A program made the position numbers and the translations under genes. The notes beneath the pieces were generated by a model that was given only the letters and a program-made list of their open reading frames with translations, did not search any database and was not told where the DNA came from. A stretch of 63,971 nucleotides of DNA, counting the filler, from Sphaeroforma arctica JP610 (Eukaryota), in NCBI RefSeq assembly GCF_001186125.1. It is 5 parts of 2 records of this genome, joined end to end, with 100 filler letters (N's around TTAATTAATTAA, not from the genome) between each part and the next. Parts side by side here need not be neighbours in the genome. Positions count along the whole stretch, not along the records: positions 28,396 to 58,359 come from NW_014040541.1; positions 58,460 to 61,720 come from NW_014040541.1; positions 61,821 to 63,971 come from NW_014040541.1; 2 more parts are not named here. One strand, 5' to 3'. Of this stretch, positions 53,575-63,971 are shown piece by piece. The number at the start of each line of letters is the position of its first letter. Position 1 is the first letter of the stretch.

Positions 53575-54512
53575 GTATATTTCTACATACGTATATACAC
53601 ATATACACACATATATATAGATAGAGATATAGCTATAGATATGCTGTAGTTACACTAGATTAGAAATAACAATAATGAATGAGTGCAAACTACTTTTTCC
53701 TATACGCAGTTTCTTAGGGCTGAACATACCATAGCGGAATCAATCGCATCGTAGAAATCGGTGCGAAAAGCCTGGAAGTAACTGTTTGCAATTTCGATAT
53801 ATAGCTCGACAGTGTAGAAAGTGACCTTGTCACCACTACTGGTATTTCTTCTTTTCCTAATCAGTGTTTTCTCATCTGGTCGACTCACACCACTCCTGGT
53901 ACGAGCCCGCCTGGCACGTTTTGTGTCAAAATCCGAATCAGAAGTATCGGCCCTTTTGTAGTGCCCATTTCTTCTCCTTCTAGTAGGTATATTTGGTACA
54001 CCGATGGTGTCGAATATCACATCCGCATCTCTTGACACTGCTGTGGTACAGGTAGCCCACGTAGGGTTCTCATTTATATTGTTCTTCAGGTGCACAACAC
54101 AGTCAGCCACCTCCCAGTCCCTTACGCTTACATACAGCGTACGATCATTGGTGAGAGCCCCAGTAACAGCCACTGCCAGGGGCCTCTCGTCTGCACCCTG
54201 TGTTCCGCCGATGGTAGTGTACTCATCTGAAGTAAAAATTTCGTCATTATATGTTTCTAAACCTGTGATGCTGACTGCTTTGCGCCCACCGTGCAAGCAG
54301 ATATTGTTCCATTCGTACAACGTTATCGCATGATCATCTATATCGTATATTGATATTGATATGCCCATATCACAGCTTTCGGGTTTTTCATTATCGTTCA
54401 ACAAGGTGATGGTGGCGGGGTTCTTATGTTTTGGAACATTTTGAGCGGCTACCTGGCTCAAAGTTAGCAAAAACACTGAAATATAACGCATGAGACGATC
54501 GGGAAGCATCAT
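45361..54512 (-). CDS. Secreted reprolysin/M12B-like zinc metalloprotease with a Ser/Thr/Pro linker and an unrecognised C-terminal region (~943 aa, 13 exons)
   Basis: Phase-consistent model: 53730-54512, 51985-52320, 51315-51549, 51118-51157, 50566-50651, 50313-50456, 48950-49182, 48641-48717, 48249-48452, 47826-47962, 46990-47207, 46278-46445, 45361-45531 (sum 2832 nt). Signal peptide [14 protein letters not shown], furin-like [27 protein letters not shown], zinc motif [11 protein letters not shown], Met-turn YTM. The link through the 40-nt exon is the least certain part. Confidence 0.78.
46858..47007. repeat. Perfect 75-bp tandem duplication spanning an exon end and donor site
   Basis: 46858-46932 is identical to 46933-47007. 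Confidence 0.93.
52472..52594. mobile_element. 123-bp fold-back TIR element (TGT...ACA) inserted in an intronic (TA)n tract
   Basis: 5' TGTGATATTCTCATAGTAGGAGTGGTTAACCA versus reverse-complemented 3' end TGTGAAATCCCTGTAGTAGGAGTGGTTAACCA; ATAT on both flanks. Confidence 0.68.
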
Positions 54513-56582
54513 GATGGTGACTCTGTATTAAATATTAGATGTCAAAACCAGCATGTGTGGTCCTATTTAAGCTATGCTATATATGTGACTTACAGAGCTT
54601 CAACTAAATAACCTTACGGACACTACTTCTACTTATGACGACACCACTATGTAATAAGGACGATGTCTCTAATGAATTTTTCTGAGATTCTTCGATAGTT
54701 CATGATACATAGAATTTATTGTACACAAATCCATATTTTGAAACAATATTTCTTGAAATTAAAGAAATCTGTGAATGGTTGGTTTTCAACATGGCAACGG
54801 AAAGAGTGATAAAACTAAAAATCATAATTTCCATTTTCCTTTGGTTGCTTTTTTAGGTCTCTTGATACTTATTGAATTTTTTTCAAAAACAAATATTACT
54901 ACGCCAACTGTATTTTAAAATATAAAATAATATGAACCGAACTTGACCACAACTTCCACAATACGTCAATCTGTGGATGTAAAAATTTTATATATAAAAT
55001 ACCACGTTTGTTTCTTCATTGATATCAGTATGATATAAATATGTACAGTACAATTTATATTATGATAATGATATGTGTGTAGAAAATATGTCGTTATTTC
55101 TTATATTCTTTTTTGAATCAGGCGTAAACCATACCCACTCACGTACCTGTTGATTAAAAAGAATATTTTTGATATGCCAAGTAGCGCTTCTAATATGTTA
55201 TCAAAAAAAGATGAGAGCTAGTTTGTTCAGGGCTTGGGATAATAGTATATGTGCGCACTTATGATTATGAATGTGCCTATGAAACCATACAAAGTTAGAC
55301 AAAAAAAGATTTACTTTGAGCGTGAGGACTGGCTCGCTGAAACGCGACAGCCCAATAATAAAAGTAAATTAGTTTGTTCAGACCGCCTGAAAACTTCTCA
55401 TATAAATACAGACAGGGTTGCGTGTAATTTTTTAAATAGTAATGTCGATTTGGTATCAACCGGGATTGATCGTGAAGAAAATTCATAGAAGGATGTTTGC
55501 GTACTCATGCGATGAATTACACAAAAAGTTGAAGCAGGCTTTGGCCATGCAGCATACTTTAAAATTCTTTCGAGCAAACGATAGCGGATCGATCGTGGGA
55601 TTTGCCTAAACTGGCAGGATTGAAACGCATCACATTTGATTCTGTGGCTAGACTTTCAAATTTATGAACGATGCCAAGATCGGCGTATCGTTTTATTATA
55701 CAGTGGACAACCTAAGGTAGTTCAGAACGATAATACGTCGTTGAAAATTCATGCACCAAATGTCCATTCGAAGAGTAAAAAGTGTCGTGAACTCAAAGAC
55801 CTTGAACTAGTGAAACAATCCGGGAAACTTGGAGCGCTATGTTTGTATCTGCAGAGTATATGCCTTCGGCTGAAACGATATCTTCAGCCGTACACTTAGA
55901 GGTAGCATCGAAACGGGGTTAGGTAAGAAGACGTCTAGACTCGTACAGGAAGATGGTGACGATTGTGTGAAGACAAGGGCCGTATATGAGGATGGTACTG
56001 CCACTTTACATAAACCAGCCCCACGGCCAGCCCGAGGTGTTCATGTTAAGTGCAAAAACCGGTATCGGATGGGTTGCATAGAATCAAGTGAACCCAACTG
56101 CGACTTTTAAAATATCTAATCTAATATGCAAGAAGGTTTCGAATGAAAACTATCTTGAAACTAGCCGACTATGTTCGAGTCTAAACAATGATGCTTACTT
56201 AATTTTTTCCGTCTAAGTACCCACCGCACTCGCACCGACATCATCGAAGTCACGACTAGGATAAGTTTTTGTAATGAAGGTCAATGGCTTGGTGTTTTGA
56301 TGCGCACACAATCATACACGCGAACATTCAGATCGATAAGTAGGAAAGACAATCGATGTCAAAAACATAGCATAATGCGGAAGTCCCAATGTCTTTTGAT
56401 GATGGTGGCAGACGGGCCTTTCTCCGGGCTTGGTAAAGTAAGATATCCCACCAAACGTTAAGTCTGAGTGCATACAATGATTGCTGGGTCGCTCTCGAGT
56501 TTAAACGGCCTTATTAAACTTCAAATAACCGCACCGTACTTCTACAACACAGCTCGTCTAATGAGTAGGTTTCTAGATTAAT

Positions 56583-58112
56583 TTATAGTTCGCCTCGATT
56601 GGGAAGGACCTTGATGATCTCCATCTCAAACACAAGAACGGCTCCTCCTGGTGATGATCATTCCAATATACAAAGTCGGATAATTAGCAACGGGAGTGGC
56701 ACATTGTCAGCAAAGTTGGGTGGGGACGTTGGCGGGATAGTATCGGGGTTCGCTTAGAAAACTGTTGATCGTCTCTCTCGATCGACGAACGAGCGGAACA
56801 AATCACGAAACTACGATGAGTCACACGTTTACAAAATTGCTTTAGCTCTCCGAAAATGAGTGCAGTCCCTTATCTCTGATAATAATTGAATGATACATTG
56901 ATCATGATCCCGAGGTAGGACGATCATGGATGCGAGCCTACACATAGTGTATACACATAACATACAAACGAATATGAGTATGCGATCCTTGACAACGCAA
57001 ATTTGTTCACATCCATATAGCACACATCAACCAGGGGTACATACATCAACACATTCTGGGCCTCAGAGTACCCAGAAAGAGACTGAGAAACGGTCGGGCA
57101 AAATCAACCACAACACCACACTGTATGTGACGTGAAAAGAGATGGAGAAATTGAACTAAAGAAAACAGTGCTTCGCCTACCGGGGATCTTGCCACCTGCG
57201 CCGCGGTCTCCATACGCAAGCTCGGACGGGATGGTCAGCTCATACTTATCGCCCTCCTTCATCAGCTGCATGGCCTCCGTCCTATGGTATACAAACATAA
57301 ATCGTGAGACGTACTACCTTAATGGCCGATGCTGGCCCTGGCGCAAACCTTTTGATATTCCACTACAGTTGTTTGTATAGTCATAACATCGCGCTAGGGA
57401 ATGATTGTGGTGTCTAAGAGCATCCGCATGAAAAACGTATTATGCAATATAGAACGAAGGTTTTCAGGCACAGACGATGATCGCCATCCAACAGAAGCCT
57501 ACAAAGCTTCTGTTGCTCGACTACAATGTACGATCATCACCGCTGACGTTCATGAACGTCGTTGCGTCGTAAAATCTACACGTGCTCGTAATTCACACCG
57601 TTAGAATTTGGCATTTATTACTGTTTGTTTGTATACAAGTTGTACTTGTACGACTGAAGAACTATGTTTCGCTGTACTCGACAAGTACTCAGAAACAGTA
57701 AAGGATCAGATAGTGTCACACAAACTAATAAGCTTGATACCAATGACTGCAGTCGATGTATAAAACATACTTGCAAATCGTTGCATACCGTGGAACAACG
57801 ATACAAAATCAAGGTACGGCTAAATATGAAGCACAAATTAAGTACAATTAGTACGAAAACACAGACTGAAGTATACAGCATAAGACACATATATGTACTA
57901 AAATAACACAATTAGATATCAAGCACACGCATACCAGCCTTTGATGACCTGGTTGGGAGCGAATCGCGTAGGCTGGCCTCTCTTGATGGATGAGTCGAAC
58001 TCTTTGCCGTCAATGGTTCTACCGGCGTAGTGTACATCACAGGGTGTGCTAACCTTGGGAGAGGGACCACCCTCAGGGCCTGACTTCATCACGCGGTATT
58101 GGAGTCCCGAAG
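56583..58112 (-). CDS. FKBP-type peptidyl-prolyl isomerase, Mip/FkpA-like, C-terminal RGEL; 5' exon(s) missing at the gap
   Basis: Exons 57935-58112, 57181-57281, 56583-56647 give [81 protein letters not shown]. Confidence 0.93.
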
Positions 58113-58359
58113 CTGTAACGGGAAGTACCGAGGTGAGTACATTTGTACATATATGAAACGTTAATGAGAGGGGGGAGTGAGGATTAATTGAAGTCTACAG
58201 CGTGGTACTGAACGCAATATTCACACAATTTGTCGTGACCACAATCTGACGTATAGGAATAATAATAATACTGATCATAATGGTGCTAATGATAACAATA
58301 ATAATATACATAATATCTATTTATAGTATTTTATATATATTTAATAATAATAAAATATA

Positions 58360-58459
58360 NNNNNNNNNNNNNNNNNNNNNNNNNNNNNNNNNNNNNNNNN
58401 NNNTTAATTAATTAANNNNNNNNNNNNNNNNNNNNNNNNNNNNNNNNNNNNNNNNNNNN
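58360..58459. other. Artificial assembly spacer N44-TTAATTAATTAA-N44
   Basis: Same 100-bp structure. Confidence 0.95.
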
Positions 58460-58899
58460 TACTTGTATGAGCAGAATACAACGCATATATCGCCTTTGTC
58501 ACCCCTAAGAAATGGTATAATGCTGTCAACACTCGCCTCTGTTTCTCACCTTTCCTTTATTTTACTCCTGGCACCCAACAACAGCCAAGAGTGCGTCGTG
58601 CAAACACGTGTTCCACATGCACTGTATCTTGAAAGCCATCAGCAAATCCCCCAACTGTCCGATGTGTCGCCAAGCCTGGGACATGGGAGGCACTTCCGCC
58701 ACCCTTTGAGTACTCTTGAGTATTCTTTTGAGTGACAGTCTGGATTGTCCCGCTATACCAGTTGAATTGGGCCGTGTGAGAATTTGTATCCTTGGCAGAT
58801 GGGCTGTGGTCGCATCTGTGTCATATAAGTCAGAATTAGCGTCGTACAAGCCAACGGATATCGAAGAAGGGCCTGATTTGGGAGAGGAAGAGCATCCGT

Positions 58900-59330
58900 C
58901 ACCACTAGCGAGTCCAACGTATATCTGTTCTTCGCAGTCTGGATGGAGTTCTACTGACAGGTCAGTATTATGTAAGTCACAGCGGTGTCATAGAGCAACG
59001 AGCGCAAAAGAAAGACCTCGGAAATGAGAGGAACAGCACCCGCCACCACTGAAAGCCCATCCGACTACTGCGGCTGTTATTCCAAGGAGAGTACTGTTGA
59101 CCTATTTGTTACAATAGTCAGTCGATTGTCATATAATTCAACGACTGCCCAAGAAGCGCTTGAGACGTGAGCCGGGGAGCACCCGTCCACCACGAACTGG
59201 CCACCTGATCTCTCTACATTTCGGAGTTTGGAGGGGACCGAACGCAAAGTGTATTCCTGGTAGTTTGGCCAAGCGAACACCTTCTGCCCCAAGCTCTCGG
59301 CAGGGAGTATCATTGTATATATCACACGCG
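58900..59330 (-). mobile_element. Possible degenerate non-LTR retrotransposon RNase H fragment
   Basis: FVVDGCSPAHVSSASWAVVE..(stops)..VELHPDCE resembles RNase HI motifs DG(S)...A.WAVV and V.I.SDC; heavily decayed. Confidence 0.4.
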
Positions 59331-61720
59331 GGTCAATGGATATCTCTGAAGGGCTTCAACGAAGTGCGAAACACCGCCTCCCCCTCCCGGGCCTCCATTT
59401 CGAGTCTCTGCGTCCTGTAATTTAGGGCGAAAGACCGGTCTATATCTTAAAGTCGACGGTACGTATCAATACCTGGCTTCCAAAAATTCCAACAGAAAAT
59501 TAGTCATTTTGAGTGTCACCTGCATGCCGTAAGAGTTTGACTGAAGCGGTGGAATTACAAGAGCCAGCCATTTGAGACTCGATGAATATCTCTGCACAGC
59601 AGTCGCGGGTGGCAGTATGCGGAACTGTATGCTCGGGACCAATATATCAACGAGTGTTACATGGAAGTCTGACTATAGTCGGTTGAGTACCCGGGAGTGG
59701 TAACAGAGAGGCAATACTACCCTACAAAGCGCTGCAAGGTTGTCACGAGAGGGCTTATCACACTACCACTCGTAGTGTGCGGATCTGTTGGGCCGTCCTT
59801 TATCAGTTTAACCATATTATAACAATTGCGATAGATAGACAGCCAATAAAATAGTCAGATGAGTTGAGTTGACGAGCCCAGTGACAATCGTAGAAACAGG
59901 GCTGGTCTACACCACTGTTTATGTTCAAGTTCAGCTAGCAAGAATAACCCATTGAGGACATCCGTAGTAACCGATGAATAAAGCGTGCGTTTGGCATGTG
60001 GCGATCGTCATATGTATAGCCGGTACGACCGGCAATCGTGCCATGTTGCGGGGAGTCCTGCATGAACGTGTTCGGCGGCTGTACAGGCAAGTGTGCTCAA
60101 GCGTACAAATCAGGAATTACCTGTGACCATTACATATCGTTGCCTACATACGGTACCGTTCTTTTTTTCTAGGCCGAGTCGTGATCTAAAACAACTTTTT
60201 TGTCATGCTTCAAAGCCTGACCCCAACGCCACCCTCACTTACCACTCGTACACATTGCCGCGAAGATAGATGATGTCTCTCGCATTAGCAACTATTCTCT
60301 CTTAACGCCCACACACATATTCAGTAGAACATGCTCTCCATACGAGCAAGTCAGTTATTACACACCCTAGACTATTGAGGCACATCGTCTTATGCATAGC
60401 GTTCATTCTACCGGGCTTGGGCCACTAGATCAACCACTCTCCCGCCCAATACAGCAACACGCGACTGGACAGCACACACACATGTCCCGAGTAGCTTGCA
60501 GCATTTACGAATATAGTGTTGTTTTTTAGGTATTCTATATGCATTGGGGACCCTTACGTATTATAAACGCAACTGAGCAGATCCGTCACTTTTCATACTT
60601 GGAGAAGCATTGCACGCTGTAATTTCTCGAGGTTCATTGGCGCAGTACGTAAATTTGTGAGAACAGTACGCAAACAAACCAATCCGAGACTCTTGCTACA
60701 ATCCAATTGCCAGATACGGAATAATGAGGATGTTGGTATTATTTGTATGTGGATTCTAAACAAAGACTTTGCTTAACATAAACTGCCTACATGTTTTCTG
60801 AAGCACAACTACGTTGGTAGGGCATATCTGAATGTTTTTGGCCTCGTCTCAGTCGCTCGGTCTCTGACTATACCGGACCTAATTTTTCAATACTTGTTCG
60901 TTAGCAAATAGAGGATTGGGGAAGGCCGTGCCGCATATTGCAAGCGCAGTAGTCAACTGGCAGTCGTAGACACGGGTGAGTATTTGCAATCCCTCCAGTG
61001 CTATTTACTGGTCCATTCTCGAGGACGTGTAGAAAACAGGAATGGATGCAGGCAACAGGGATCGACATAGGAGTGTGCGCCGTACAACATTTAGGTTTGG
61101 GATACGTGAACTCTATAGATATACCGTACTATAGCACCAAGTCTAATGTATACATATTCCGACTGTTGTATTCAACCACACCGGATGGGCAGCTATACTA
61201 GTATGCTATTTGTAGAGTGGCTGTATGCAGAAAATGTATACACTATGGCTATGTGCAGAAACTAGATATAGATATCTGAGAGTACGTTATGTTGTACTCG
61301 TGGCATAAGCTGATCGACCCATCCCCAACAATAAAAAGTCTAGCGGACAACTCCTGTGAGTCTCCAGAAACGCGCATGACCCTCGATAAATATTTTTAAT
61401 TCATTTCATGCACATCCGCTACACCTGCCATATCTTGACGGTCTTGTCCTTGTCACCCGTGGCGAGCACATTCGAAGCATGACTCCAGGCGCATGCCACA
61501 GCCGGAGCTCTGTAACATATTAGCGACAGGTAAGAGTGGAAGGGAGCTATCAATATGAGAGAGAATTCTTATGGGTAATGGAAATGCACTGTACCACGAG
61601 TCCACGATTTCAATATTTAACGGGTGCATTATTATGCGGCATATGTTTATTCAATGCAGAGATAAATAGCTACATATAAAAATACATACATACACACACA
61701 CACACACAGACACAGACATA

Positions 61721-61820
61721 NNNNNNNNNNNNNNNNNNNNNNNNNNNNNNNNNNNNNNNNNNNNTTAATTAATTAANNNNNNNNNNNNNNNNNNNNNNNN
61801 NNNNNNNNNNNNNNNNNNNN
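61721..61820. other. Artificial assembly spacer N44-TTAATTAATTAA-N44
   Basis: Same 100-bp structure. Confidence 0.95.
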
Positions 61821-61858
<38 letters not shown>

Positions 61859-62031
61859 GGTATCTATTTATATATATATATACCATATACATATATATAT
61901 ACATATACATATACATATTATGTATAGGTATATTTACATATTTGCCTATTTACGTGGGTTTTTGTAGCAGGTGTTTATTTTTCACCTGTGGTTTGCTAAG
62001 ATACATTTTTTTACTTTCCTCTATTCAACAG

Positions 62032-63330
62032 CTTTTAGATCGAGTACAGCGACTACGGGAGGTGTGTTTGTTATTGCTGGGTTCGTTTTGGTTCTATGTG
62101 TGTTCCCCATTGTACCTCTTTACTTCTAGTTGACACTAGATGCGCTGTGCAAACTGATATTTTTGGGTAATGAATAGGTGTGCATCTTGATAGTTTTATT
62201 ACGTATACTTTCGGATATCGTTTTTACTATTTAATTTAGGTATCAATTTCTATCGTCGCATTTTTCATATATTTTTCATATCGTTTCGCAATTGTAGCTG
62301 GATATCAAGCACCGCACGGATCCTTCGGAGCTAGATTCCGAATCAGATTTCACCACCTCTAGCATACTGACTGCTAGGTTGGGTGGGACACTCTCTCTAT
62401 CTCCCGAACCCAAGTCCTGTGCTTCCGACCACAACCCACCCTCGAGACCGACCGCTTCCACCGATACCCCACTCTCCAAATTAACCGGTCAAGGCATTAA
62501 AATACCTGCACACTCTGGTGTCGCCCAGCTACCAGCCCATTCCCAGCCGCAGCCCAGAATGAAGTCAGCTCCATTCATCTACAACGGACGCTGTGTGCAT
62601 GGCTCGGCCTCGGCGACATCTTCACCCACTATTGGGCGGTCTGCGCCTTCGTCGTTGCTAAGTGGACGTTCTTCAGCGAGTTCACCTCTAATCGGGCGAT
62701 GCCGCACGAGCTCGAGTTTACCTGCGTTGAAGAAGAGATCTAATCTCTCACCCTGCATCACAAACAATGCGGAAGACCTGGAGCATCGCGCAAGGTTAGC
62801 AGTCTCACGCATCTGCATTATTGTCAATGGTCGGTGCAATGCTAGCCAACTGCTTGTTTGTTTGGTTACTGTTTTCGGTTTTATTTGGGTATTTGCCGCT
62901 GTTTGTAGTTGTTTTACAGTTTAGTGACTCAATATCTATGACGATGTGCGAGCACTTCCACCGATTAAAAAACGTATACTAACTGTATCGTGTATCGTGC
63001 TTAGATTTGGCTTGTCTGTTTCCTTGCTGCGAGAGAATCACAAAAGAAGCAGTTATGCAAGCTGTTGCGCGTGAAGCATACGCAACTGAGTAAAAGCTTC
63101 GTTTGTGTTCCGTTCTCCATCCCAGGGTGGACCATGCTACGGAAGAAAGCTATACATCTAATCTCTCTGCCACGAGCAAGAAACAGAAGAAATGCACAAG
63201 CGAAGATATATGTAATGGGTTATCGGGACATAAGGTGCCCGATGAGAGCTGCGCGGCTATAAGCACAGTCTCTTTGGGCGGATTACCAAATATACAACCG
63301 CTGAGAAACATTCCAAGCTATGAAGGCTAG
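62032..63330 (+). CDS. 3' exons of a hypothetical protein with a Ser/Pro-rich low-complexity tail
   Basis: Phase-consistent exons 62032-62061, 62298-62794 and 63126-63330 with AG/GT boundaries; no family recognised. Confidence 0.6.
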
Positions 63331-63715
63331 AAACTGTGAGATAAACCCAGCGAGCTTTTTGGAATCACATATCCTCACTCAGTGTTCGTCAGAGTTGGAG
63401 CGTAATATGAATCTTGTGGATGGAATAGATAGCGTGTCTTTTCCTAACTTGGTTTCCAGAATTTTTCCAATGTGAGGAAAATAATTACACGAGTGTGGAA
63501 TTTATTAGGCTATTATACAAAGCAGTATATATATATAAGTATATTTATAGGTATATATATATATATGTATACATATATATATATATGAATATATATTTAT
63601 ATATATATATATATATATAATAAATGTGTGTGTGTATGTATCTAACACACAAACACATACACACATACATACATATATATATATTTATAAATATATATAT
63701 ATTCAAATATATATC

Positions 63716-63761
<46 letters not shown>

Positions 63762-63794
63762 ACATATATCTATATATTGATATATCTATATATA

Positions 63795-63831
<37 letters not shown>

Positions 63832-63971
63832 TATATACAATATATATCTATACAAATATATATCTATATATAATATATATATATATATATTTATATTTAT
63901 ATTATAATATATATATATATTTATATTTATATTTATATATACATATATCTATATATTGATATATATATATA

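Noticed and set aside
52412..53649. Y/I/C/V-rich ORFs here and at 20748-21351, 26146-26349, 29289-29610, 33820-34020, 63624-63959
   Set aside because: They are translations of (TA)n, (TG)n and (TTTA)n microsatellites.

Overview
Intron-rich eukaryotic draft-assembly sequence with GT-AG introns full of (TA)n/(TG)n microsatellites. The gene style resembles a unicellular holozoan such as an ichthyosporean, but that is an impression, not a result. Hand-built splice models give six genes or gene fragments: the 3' part of a double-hotdog acyl-CoA thioesterase (+, ~256-2016); the ATPase and C-terminal exons of INO80 (-, 14495-24896); the C-terminal exons of a BLTP1/KIAA1109-family lipid-transfer protein (+, 25572-37253); an apparently complete 13-exon, ~943-aa secreted reprolysin-like metalloprotease with an unrecognised C-terminal half (-, 45361-54512); a Mip-like FKBP ending in RGEL (-, 56583-58112); and a Ser/Pro-rich 3' fragment (+, 62032-63330). 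Between them lie decayed Gypsy/Copia-like, DIRS-like (RT, Dam-like methylase, possible recombinase) and non-LTR remnants, decayed copies of a Cys-repeat secreted-protein gene, and two small TGT...ACA fold-back elements with 4-bp flanking duplications. Four 100-bp N44-TTAATTAATTAA-N44 spacers are artificial contig joins. The most striking pattern is that many intronic tandem repeats are copies of the adjacent exon-intron junction, and many decoy copies have lost their GT, AG or branch point or lead into in-frame stops.
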